From Mobula hypostoma (taxonomy: Eukaryota), in contig NC_086100.1 in assembly GCF_963921235.1 (NCBI RefSeq), positions 200,758,001 to 200,822,000 of the forward strand: DNA of 64,000 nucleotides, written 5' to 3'. Below, in pieces: positions 24,368 to 34,783 of this stretch. The first letter of the stretch is position 1; each line of letters opens with the position of its first letter. The position numbers and the translations under genes were made by a program. The notes under the pieces are model-generated. The model was not told the DNA's origin and ran no database searches. It saw only the letters and a list, made by a program, of their open reading frames with translations.

Positions 24368-26746
24368 CTAGACAGGTATATGGCGGAATCTAAGGTGGGG
24401 ACCAGTATCTGGACAGGTCGACCAGGGGGAATGCCATACTAGATCTAGTACTAGGTAATGAATCGGGTCAGGTCACAGATCTCTCAGTGGGTGAGCATCT
24501 GGGGGACAGTGACCACCGCTCCCTGGCCTTTATAATTATCATGGAAAAGGATAGAATCAAAGAGGACAGGAAAATTTTTAATCGGGGAAAGGCAAATTAT
24601 GAGGCTATAAGGCTAGAACTTGCGGGTGTGAATTGGGATGATGTTTCTGCAGGGAAATGTACTATGAACATGTGGTCGATGTTTAGGGATCTCTTGCAGG
24701 ATGTTAGGGATAAATTTGTCCCGGTGAGGAAGATAAAGAATGGTAGGGTGAAGGAACCATGGGTGACAAGTGAGGTGGAAAATCTAGTCAGGTGGAAGAA
24801 GGCAGCATACATGAGGTTTAGGAAGCAAGGATCAGATGAGTCTATTGAGGAATATAGGGAAGAAAGAAAGGAGCTTAAGAAGCGGCTGAGAAGAGCAAGA
24901 AGGGGACATGAGAAGGCCTTGGCGAGTAGGGTAAAGGAAAACCCCAAGGCATTCTTCAATTATGTGAAGAAAAAAAGGATGACAGGAGTGAAGGTAGGAC
25001 CAATTAGAGATAAAGGTGGGAAGATGTGCCTGGAGCTGTGGAAGTGAGCGAGGTCCTCAATGAATACTTCTCTTCGGTATTCACCAATGAGAAGGAACTT
25101 GATGATGGTGAGGACAATATGAGTGAGGTTGATGTTCTGGAGCATGTTGATATTAAGGGAGAGGAGGTGTTGGAGTTGTTAAAATACATTAGGACAGATA
25201 AGTCCCCGGGGCCTGACAGAATATTCCCCAGGCTGCTCCACGAGGCGAGAGAAGAGATTGCTGAGCCTCTGGCTAGGATCTTTATGTCCTCGTTGTCCAC
25301 GGGAATGGTACCAGAGGATTGGAGGGAGGCGAATGTTGTTCCCTTGTTCAAAAAAGGTAGTAGGGGTAGTCCGGGTAATTATAGACCAGTGAGCCTTACG
25401 TCTGTGGTGGGCAAGCTGTTGGAAAAGATTCTTAGAGACAGGATCTCTGGGCATTTAGAGGATCATGGTCTGATCAGGGACAGTCAGCATGGCTTTGTGA
25501 AGGACAGATCGTGTCTAACAAGCCTGATAGAGTTCTTTGAGGAGGTGACCAGGCATATAGATGAGGGTAGTGCAGTGCATGTGATCTATATGGATTTTAG
25601 TAAGGCATTTGACAAGGTTCCACACGGTAGGCTTATTCAGAAAGTTAGAAGGCATGAGATCCAGGGAAGTTTGGCCAGGTGGATTCAGAATTGGCTTGCC
25701 TGCAGAAGGCAGAGGGTGGTGGTGGAGGGAGTACATTCAGATTGGAGGATTGTGACTAGTGGTGTCCCACAAGGATCTGTTCTGGGACCTCTACTGCTCG
25801 TGATTTTTATTAACGAGCTGGATGTGGGGGTAGAAGGGTGGGTTGGCAAGTTTGCAGACGACACAAAGGTTGGTGGTGTTGTAGATAGTGTAGAGGATTG
25901 TCGAAGATTGCAGAGAGACATTGATAGGATGCAGAAGTGGGCTGAGAAGTGGCAGATGGAGTTCAACCCGGAGAAGTGTGAGGTGGTACACTTTGGAAGG
26001 ACAAACTCCAAGGCAGAGTACAAAGTAAATGGCAGGATACTTGGTAGTGTGAAGGAGCAGAGGGATCTCGGGGTACATGTTCACAGATCCCTGAAAGTTG
26101 CCTCACAGGTGGATAGGGTAGTTAAGAAAACTTATGGGGTGTTAGCTTTCATAAGTCGAGGGATAGAGTTTAAGAGTCGCGATGTAGTGATGCAGCTCTA
26201 TAAAACTCTGGTTAGGCCACACTTGGAGTACTCTGTCCAGTTCTGGTCGCCTCAGTATAGGAAGGCTGTGGAAGCATTGGAAAGGGTACAGAGGAGATTT
26301 ACCACGATGCTGCCTGGTTTAGAGAGTATGCATTATGATCAGAGATTAAGGGAGCTGGGGCTTTACTCTTTGGAGAGAAGGAAGATGAGAGGAGATATGA
26401 TAGAGGTATACAAGATAATAATAAGAATAGATAGAGTGGATAGCCAGTGCCTCTTCCCCAGGGCACCACTGCTCAATACAAGAGGACATGGCTTTAAGGT
26501 AAGGGGTGGGAAGTTCAAGGGGGATATTCAAGGAAAGTTTTTTACTCAGAGAGTGGTTGGTGCGTGGAATGCACTGCCTGAGTCAGTGGAGGAGGCAGAT
26601 ACACTACTGAAGTTTAAGAGACTACTAGACAGGTATATGGAGGAATCTAAGGCAGGGGCTTATATGGGAGGCAGAGTTTGAGGGTCGGCACAACATTGTG
26701 GGCCGAAGGGCCTGTACTGTGCTGTACTATTCTATGTTCTATGTTC
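24368..26746 (+). mobile_element. Young 5'-truncated CR1 (end of APE + RT)
   Basis: ORFs 24487-25047 (GDSDH) and 25026-26681 (551 aa RT), one frameshift at ~25030; (tctatgt)n tail. Confidence 0.93.
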
Positions 26747-27044
26747 TGGCCACCACTAGCTGGTTCGAAAGGCAGGAAGGCATTCCTAGCACACGCTGAG
26801 CATAAAGAGCACAGCAAAGCACATAGATCGTCATGGTCATCCTCTGTATCCTGACCTACTTCCAGTCATCTTGACTGTGGCCTTGCCACAGTATCCAGAT
26901 AGACTAGGACGAGAAAATGAGGTTGACGACCTGCGCAACTCTCCCTCACTTTGATCAAACTCAGGTACAAGTCATGGCATCCAAAACAAACACACGCACC
27001 CAAGGATGTCAGTGGCCCTGATCGCTTGTGATGGACACACACCT

Positions 27045-27730
27045 ACATTCCAAATTAAAACTCTCCCCCATGGGCTATACCTATCCTGAAAGTTAAGGAG
27101 TTGTGGTCGCTGTTCTCATACAGTTCACCGACTGAAAGGTCAGTCACCTGGCCAGGGTCATTACCCAACACCACGTCCAGTAAAGCCACTCCTCTCTTCC
27201 AACGTCTACATGTTGTTTTAAGAAACTCTGCTGGATACAATTAAATTCTGCCCCATCTAAACACTTTGCACTAAGAAGGTCCCAGTTCATATCAGGGAAG
27301 TTTGAAATTCCCTTACGACAACAACCCTATGGTTTTTTAAAAACACATTTCCTTAATCTGATTACACATTTGTTCCTCAATGTGCCAATGAATATTAGGG
27401 AATCTGCTGTACAATCCCAGTATGATTGCAGCCTTCCTATTCCTGAGTTCCACCCAAATGGACTCCGTGTCTGACCCTCCACTCTGTCTCCGAGTGTAGC
27501 TGTGACATTGTCCCTGATTAGTTGTGCACCCCCCCCCCATTTACCTCCTCTACCTTTTCTGAAGCTTCAAAATCCCGATACATTATTCCTGCCCCTCTCT
27601 CAACTAAGTTTCTGTAATGGTCACAAAATCATACTTCCATGTATTGATCCGTGCTCCAAGTTCATCACCTTCACCCATAATACTCCAGCAATAAAATACA
27701 TACATTTCAAACTATCCAATCCATCATACA
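27045..27730 (-). mobile_element. CR1 APE-domain fragment
   Basis: ESIWVELRN, LLDVVLGN, SDHNSL motifs. Confidence 0.75.
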
Positions 27731-27732
27731 TA

Positions 27733-28638
27733 TGTGAGGGGATCCAGGAGTGCCCCTATTAACTGTTTGAAGAGAGACAGAGAGAGACTTACTTATCATC
27801 GATGGTTTGTTTTAAGAGAGAGAGGGAGAGACGAAGATTGACGGTTGGACTGTCACTTTAAGGCACTGAAAGTAACTTTGGATTTCTACTGGGTTGGGTT
27901 TGGAGAGAGCAGCGAGCAGCTCAAAAGTTGCTACGGTGACCGACAGGACATTATTGATGTTACTTCCAAGGACTTGTTGCCTGCTCGCATTCCTTTACAG
28001 ACAAAGGAAGGAGGGACTCTTTGAATGACAGGTGATGCTCAGCCTGGTGAGATAAATAGGTCAGATGATACAGACCTCAGACACATGATTGGGACACTGA
28101 ATGAGCATTGTTGTGCCCACAGAGAAAGTGGTATTTTGGAGGATTGATCCAAGTTCTCTGCCAGTGAAAATTCAAAGGCACAACCGGTGGGGAGTTGTCC
28201 ACGTGTCCGACCCTGGCCTGGGTAGACAGCTCAACCACACCAGAGTACGGTCCCCTTTGTTGTTAAAGTCACAGTCGGTGACTTGTGAAGGATTTTGGAG
28301 AACGACGAGAAGATCGACAGCAACAGCTCACCTGAAGACTCAACTCACTCTCTCTCTCTCTCTATCACTACTCAACTAAATACCACGAACTGAACTGAAC
28401 TTTACTCAACATCGTAAGACTGTATCTTTTTACCCCTAGACTTAAAGCTTGGTTTTTCATACATATTTTTCCACACTTACTCATTTACATATAATTCTTG
28501 CTAACCTGTTTGATTTATCTTCACTTAGTTTACTGTATTGCATAGTTATTAATAAATATTTAGTTATTAGCAATACAAGACTCCAAAGTGGTTTCTATTT
28601 CTGCTGGTTTCTTTATTCCCACCACGGAGTACCTGACA
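27733..28638 (+). repeat. Solo LTR related to the Gmr1-like LTRs
   Basis: TG...CA ends, TSD CATA at 27729-27732 and 28639-28642, AATAAA at ~28551; 3' end (gactcc...atttctgctggttt...gtacctgaca) resembles the reverse complement of 13998-14060. Confidence 0.85.
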
Positions 28639-28642
28639 CATA

Positions 28643-30680
28643 AAACATAGAAAATCTATGGCACATTACAGGCCCTTCGGCCCACAATGTTGTGCCGACC
28701 ATGTAACCTACCCTAGAAACTGCCTAGAATTTCCCTACTGCATAGCCCTCTATTTGTCTAAGCTCCATGTACCTATCTAAGAGTCTCTTAAAAGACCCTA
28801 TTGTATCCACCTCTACCGTCTTCACTGGCAGTGCATTCCACACACCTACCACTCTCCGTGTGAAAAGTTGTCACCGGGGCTTTGCCACTCCACTCACCAC
28901 TATGGGTTAGGGGTTAGTCTGACACTCTGTCCCACAGCCATGTGTTGTCACCGATGACTGTCATGGCCTCACATTGGTCAGGATCGACCGTGGACGTTGT
29001 GTCCTCGCTGTCTATGTCAATATTCAAGCATGGCAAGTACGATATGGAGAGCACTGCCCACACAGCTGACACCGATACAATTTGGCACCAGCAGTGTCGC
29101 AGGAGTTACCAGTCAGCTGCGAACTCGACATAGGACTGCCTTAGTGTCTCCAGCTCCAGATTTTCCCTTAGGGGTTACTCTGTAGCCTTCCTGTTGAGTG
29201 GGTATAGTGGAGGCTTGAAATCAGATCTTTCCTTCTCCTAGATGACATGCCAACCACAGCTGATGAGCCCTATCTGCCCGGAGGTGCAGTCACCACAGTG
29301 AAGGCAATCTCACTCACGCACCACACTCCCCATGTCTTCGTACCTGCCCTGGATAGGCATCACTTCTCCTCACTCCACCCCCTCGCATGCCTCTGCCCAG
29401 AGGGTTTGGTATCAAAGTTAAAAGTACATTTATTATAAGTAGATACATGTTACCATACTCTACTTTGAGCATAATTTGTCGGCATTTACAGGAAAAATTA
29501 AGAAATACAATAGAATCTATGAAAATCCATGCAAAAACAAAGACTGACAAACAACCAATGTGCAAAAAAATTAATACCAAGAACACAAGTCATGAAGAGT
29601 GTTTGATTCTGTAGGCTGTGGAATCAGTTTGGAGTGGAGATAAGCGAAGTTATCTACATTGGTTCAGGAGCCTGTAGGGTAGTAACTGTTCCTGAACCTG
29701 GTGGTGTGGGGCCCAGGGGCCTTCTACACCTCCTCCCCAGTGGTAGTCGTGAGAGGAGAGCACGGTGTGAACGGTGAGGACCCTTGATGATGGAAGCTGT
29801 TTCCTCGTGCCAGTGCTTGTAAATGTGCTGAGTGGTGGGAGGACTTTGCCCTTGTGACGGACTGGGCTGTATCCACCAGCTTCTCTTTCTGAACGTTGGT
29901 GCTGCCATGCCAAGCTGTGATGGAACCAGAAAGGATATCCTCCACTGTGCATCCAAAGGTTAGTCAAAGATTTTTGGTGACATGCCGAGCCTATGCAAAT
30001 TTCTAAGAAATTGGAGGCCTTTATGTGTTGGTCCCAGGACAAACCCTCCCATAGGATGACACAGAAAAGGCCCTTTGGTCATGATACTGTGCTGACTCTT
30101 TAATCCACTCCAAGATCAATCTAATCCTTCTCTCCCACATAACCCTCCTTTCTTCTATCATCCATGCGCCTACCCAAGTCTTTAATAGAAACATAGAAAA
30201 TAGGTGCAGGAGTAGGCCATTTGGCCCTTCGAGCCTGCACCGCCATTTATTATGATCATGGCTGATCATCCAACTCAGAACCCTGTACCAGCCTTCCCTC
30301 CATACCCCCTGATCCCTTTAGCCACAAGGGCCATATCTAACTCCCTCTTAAATATAGCCAATGAACTGGCCTCAACTGTTTCCTGTGGCAGAGAATTCCA
30401 CAGATTCACCACTCTCTGTGTGAAGAAGTTTTTCCTCATCTCGGTCCTAAAAGGCTTCCCCTTTATCCTCAAACTGTGACCCCTCGTTCTGGACTTCCCC
30501 AACATCGGGAACAATCTTCCTGCATCTAGCCTGTCCAATCCCTTTAGGAGTTTATACGTTTCAATCAGATCCCCCCTCAATCTTCTAAATTCCAACAAAT
30601 ATAAGCCTAGTTGATCCAGTCTTTCATCATATGAAAGTCCTGCCATCCCAGGAATCAATCTGGTGAACCTTCTTTGTACA
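28643..30680 (-). mobile_element. Cluster of LINE fragments (CR1 tail 28643-28870; L2/Rex1-like ~29410-30045; CR1 3' end 30185-30680)
   Basis: CR1 tails and VQRRFTRLIPG ORF; degenerate L2-type C-terminus. Confidence 0.75.
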
Positions 30681-30991
30681 CCCATCAATCTGGTGTAATG
30701 TGTCCCTAATGTGTCTCCCTCTATCACCAACTCCAAAACCAAGGAATTTAAAGCTTGTGACCCCTCCACCTTCGTTCTCCTAATGAGATGCCCCCCACTC
30801 TACCTGCACCCCCCATTCAGCTCCCCCCATTACACAATCCAACCAGAGGTACAGCACACCAGAGGAAACTACAGAGACTGGAGGGGTAGCTTGGCCCCAG
30901 TTACCAGCACGACCTCCTCTCTGACGGGCCAAGGCTGGACGGCGGTTACCACCGGACCTGTCGGGTGCCCCAGCCAGACTCCTCTTGTCAC

Positions 30992-32277
30992 TCATTCCCA
31001 ATGGATCTGCAGATCGTAATTGCTCTTCGAGGCCTCCTTCACGAAGCAGTCATAGTGCCGCCGGTGGATGTGCTGGCAGTACCGGAGGTCCAGTGTGGAC
31101 ATTTCATTGTCCGCAGCCATGAGCTGCCCAATGGTGGAGCTAGAAGCCATGCTGTGAGCCAGACTCAGCTCGGTCAGCTGTGCCAGGGAGCCGGGGCGCT
31201 CCAGCACCGGCTGGAAAACCCGGTCCAGAGACACAGAGATGTTGACCAGCGACAGTCTGCCAAGCTGAGGAGAGCCGGTCAGCACAGAGATCAGAGCCGA
31301 CTGCAGGGAGAGCTGTAAACTGCGAGGCAAGGAGGCAGCAGTCAATGGGGAGTCTACAAGCGTCACACTGAAGTCTTTTAAATGAAGGAATGTCCAGCTG
31401 GCAGAAGGCAGGTCGCCCTCAGCCTCCTCATCGATTGGCACACATTTCAATGTTCCTGTAGGGGGGTGAAGCTCAGCCTGGAAAACCCGGAGATTGGGGC
31501 AGAGTCGCAGGACATCCCCAAGGGAAGATTCAAGCTGGAAGTTGATGAGAGAGAGGAGACGAAGGCGAGAGCCGAACTGGGCAAGGAATGGGGTTACGTC
31601 CCTCAGCAGCCTCTCCTGAAACCCTTCGCATTCCAGCGCCAGTCGGCTCAGCCGTTCCCAGGACCCCAGGTGCCACAATTCCTGCAGACCACCATCACAG
31701 GCCACCACCACCTCCTCCACTGCTCTGCACGTCGACGTCAGGGCGCAGAGGCAACCTCCAGCCTCCTGAGGGACAGCGAGGCAGGGCTGCCAACCTGCAC
31801 CCCACACCGGGCCAACTCAGCCAAGCCCGGGAAGCCCCCAGTCCGGAGGAAGTCTCGCCCCTTCTCAAAGTGCTGCTGGCAAATGAGGGTTAGTGCCTCG
31901 GGGAGGTGTGGGTTGGCAACGTACTCCAGCCCGGGCAGGGCCAGCAGGAGGAAGGCCAGGGCCGAGGCATAGTCAGAGGGCGAGGGCAAGGGTGAGGTGT
32001 CCTCAGCCAGCAACCTGCGCAGCCGGAGGGGGCGGAAGGCGGCCCGCGCCCTGTCGTACACCAGCTGCAGTAGGTCCAGCGGTGTCACCTCCCGGCACCG
32101 CGACACGTCCAGCTCCTGCAGGTCCCAGCATCCTCGCCCCACTGCCAGCAAAACCCGGCCGTCGCACTGCGTCCCCGAAAGCATCAGCCTGCGGAGGCGT
32201 GGTAGGCACTCGACGAGATCCACCAGCGCGTGGGGCTGTATCCTGCTGCATCCGTGCAAGTCCAGAGACGTCAGACC
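30992..32277 (-). CDS. Host LRR gene, last coding exon (cysteine-containing LRRs); apparent frameshift at ~31745-31765
   Basis: Acceptor gatttctccAG|GGT, phase 0, gives GLTSLDLHGCSRIQ...LRRLMLSGTQC...LQELDVSRC. This frame stops at 31738; LRRs continue in a -1 frame (LRLLSLINF, LGRLSLVN, LTELSLAHS, MSTLDLRYC) to the stop at 30992. GC-rich, codon-like sequence. Confidence 0.85.
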
Positions 32278-32379
32278 CTGGAGAAATCAGATCAGGGCAT
32301 TAAATCAGACTGGCTTTGTACATCACGTGATCATCAAAACAAGGTAGATCTCATATCCTGAACAGTACGGCGCACTAAA

Positions 32380-32620
32380 CAGATAATTGTCACGTGTAAA
32401 TTGAAAAACATAGTAAAATGCATTGTTTCGTGTCAATGACCAACACAGTCCAAAGATGTGCTGGGGGCAACCCACAGGTGTTACCATGATTCATGCCCCC
32501 AACTTACGAACCTAAACTGTATGTCTTTGGAACGTGAAAGAAAGCTGGAGGACCCGAAGGAAACCCATGCGGTCACTGAGAGAGCGTAAAAACCCCTTAG
32601 AGATAGTGGTATCGAACTGA
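32380..32620 (-). mobile_element. tRNA-derived SINE (V-SINE/HE1-like); related copies at ~48258-48430 and ~48815-49050
   Basis: The three copies share gatgtgctgggg[g]caacccaca; B-box-like ggttcaat/gttcgat and a gggtttcct...tttc central motif on minus. Confidence 0.6.
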
Positions 32621-32649
32621 ACCTTGGAATAAATACTTTACTTTAGATT

Positions 32650-34595
32650 TCACCTGTGAGAGGGGATCTTGGCATTTGTGGGGACAGGGAAAAAAAAGGC
32701 TCATATGGTTGAACATGTCAACATTAAGAGGATGTGCTAGAACATTTGAAAAACACTGGGCTAGCTAAGTTCCAGGAAACTATTCAGGATATACCCCAGG
32801 TTACTATGCGAAGCAAGAGAAGAGATTGCTGGACTATTGGCGACGAAGTTTGTGTCCTCACTGACCACAGGAGCAGTACCAGATGATGGAGGGTTGTTCC
32901 TTTGTTCAAGAAAGGCAAATACAGACTGGTGAGCCTTACTTCAGTGGTGGTCAAACTACTGGAGGGGATTCTTAGAGATGGGATTTACAAGCATTTAAAG
33001 AAGCAGAGTCTGGTTAGGGACAGTCAGGATAGTCATGCCTCACAAGCCTGATTGAGTATTTTGGGGATGTGACCAAACAGATTTATGAAGGTAGAGCAGT
33101 AGACATGGTGGTGTTTATGGATTTGATAAGGTTCCCCATGGTAGTCACATTCAGAATGTTTGGAGGCATGGGATCCAGGGAAATTTGGCTGTGTGGATAC
33201 AGAACTGGCTTCCCCATGGAAGACAGAGGATGGTTGTAGATGGAGAGTTCCGGGATTTTTTTTTAAGAAGTTACTTGGATAAGGAAGTGGAAAGTTGGAT
33301 AGTACATTTGCAGATGACACAAGGGTCCATGAAGGTGTTAATGGCGTAGAAGGTTATTGTGTTAACAGTGTAGAAGGTTATTGTAGGTTACAATGAACAT
33401 TATCAGGACACAGAGCTGGGTTGAGAAGTGGCAGATGGAGCTCAGCTTGGAAAAATGTGAAGTGTTTCACTTTGGAAAGTCAAACTTCAAGGGAAGACAC
33501 AGGTTGTTGGTAGAATTTTTGACAGTAACAAGAGCATTTGATGGCTCTGGACCTGTATTCACTGGAATTTAGAAGAATGAGGGGTGACATTGAAACCTAT
33601 TGAATGGTGAAAAGCCTCAATAGAATGGATGTGGAGAGGATGCTTCCTAGGGTGGAAGTGACTAAGAGCAGAGGGCACAGCCCCAGAATACAGTGAGGTC
33701 CTTTTAGAACGGAGACGAGGAGAAATTTCTGTAGCCAGAGGGTGGTGAATCTGTAGAATCTTTGCCAGAGCCATGGAGGCAAAGTCTTTATGTATATTTA
33801 AGGCAGAGGTTGATAGATTCTTCATTGGTCAGGGCATGAAGGGATATGGGGAGAAGGCAGGAGATTGGGGCTGAGAGAAAAAAAAAGATCAGCTATGATG
33901 AAATGGTGGAACAGACTCGACTGGCCAAATGGCTCAACTCTGCTCCTAAGTCTTATGGAAGAACAAGAAGGATCTTGGGCATCCACGTCCATCAATCACT
34001 CAACTTTGCATTGCAAGTTGATAGGGTGGTTAAGAAGGTGAATAGTGTGTTGGCCTTCATTAGACTGGGATTGTGATCAGGAGCCACAAGGTTGCAACTC
34101 TATAAAAACTGTGGTTAGACCGCATTTAGAGTATTGTGTTCAGTTCTAGTCGCTCTTTACAGGAAGGATGTAGAAGCTTTAGAGAGGATGCAGAGGAGAT
34201 TTACTAGGACGCTGCCAGGATTAGAAAGCATGTCTTATGAGGATAGTTGAGCGAGCTGCGGCTTTTTTCTTTGGAGAGAAGGAGGATGCAAGTTGGCTTG
34301 ACAGAGGTGTACAAAGTAAGGGGCAGACATTGAGTTGTCAGGCAGAGACTTTATCCTAATACGAGGCGATTTGAGGGGGATGCCCAGAGTAGGATTTTAC
34401 ACAGAGTGCTCGGTGTGTGGACTGTGCTGCCAAGAGGTACAGGCAGATACATTAGGGATATTTAAGAAACTCAAATAGACAGACGATGATAAAAAAAAAC
34501 GTGGGTGGAAAAGTGTTAGGTTGATCTTGGAGTTGGTGAAATCTTGCTCAACATTGTAGGTCGAGGGGCCTGTACTGTGCTGTTCTGTGTTCTAT
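32650..34595 (+). mobile_element. Old nested CR1 fragments in intron 3
   Basis: Decayed CR1 RT motifs; a second CR1 3' piece is nested at ~33530-33960. Confidence 0.75.
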
Positions 34596-34616
34596 ACGAG
34601 CAGATAGTGGGGTTAC

Positions 34617-34783
34617 CTGGCACCGCGCACTGATAATCCGGCCGATGGTGTTATTGACCAACCCAGAGCAGCTCCTCAGGTTCAGCTCCAACAGGTGAGG
34701 CACCAACAGCAGGTGAAGGAAAGCTCGGGTCAGCCGGTGAGTCTTGCCCAACAGCTGCAGCAGATCCTGGACCAGGTTGGAGG
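34617..34783 (-). CDS. Host LRR gene, exon 3
   Basis: Acceptor tcttattctcggccaccAG| in phase 1, matching the upstream exon (G|CC=Ala); (A)SNLVQDLLQLLGKTHRLTRAFLHLLLVPHLLELNLRSCSGLVNNTIGRIISARCQ; donor CAG|GTAACC, phase 0. Confidence 0.88.

Larger units (their letters stand above)
23375..26755 (-). repeat. Solo LTR related to the 10248-11092 LTR, split by two CR1 insertions
   Basis: Starts tgttacaacaatcaccc (cf. tgttacaaaaatcaccc at 10248); middle piece 24290-24367 matches ~10920-10960 and ~11065-11085; ends tggccacca (cf. tggccaaaa at 11084-11092); TSD CTAG at 23371-23374 and 26756-26759. Confidence 0.78.

Noticed and set aside
31740..31800. Micro-intron or programmed -1 frameshift explaining the frame break
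   Set aside because: The nearest GT...AG gives only ~29-35 nt, too short for a vertebrate intron, and there is no X XXY YYZ slippery site.
31382..32347. Plus-strand ORFs overlapping the LRR exon
   Set aside because: Antisense shadows of GC-rich coding sequence with no motifs or splice support.
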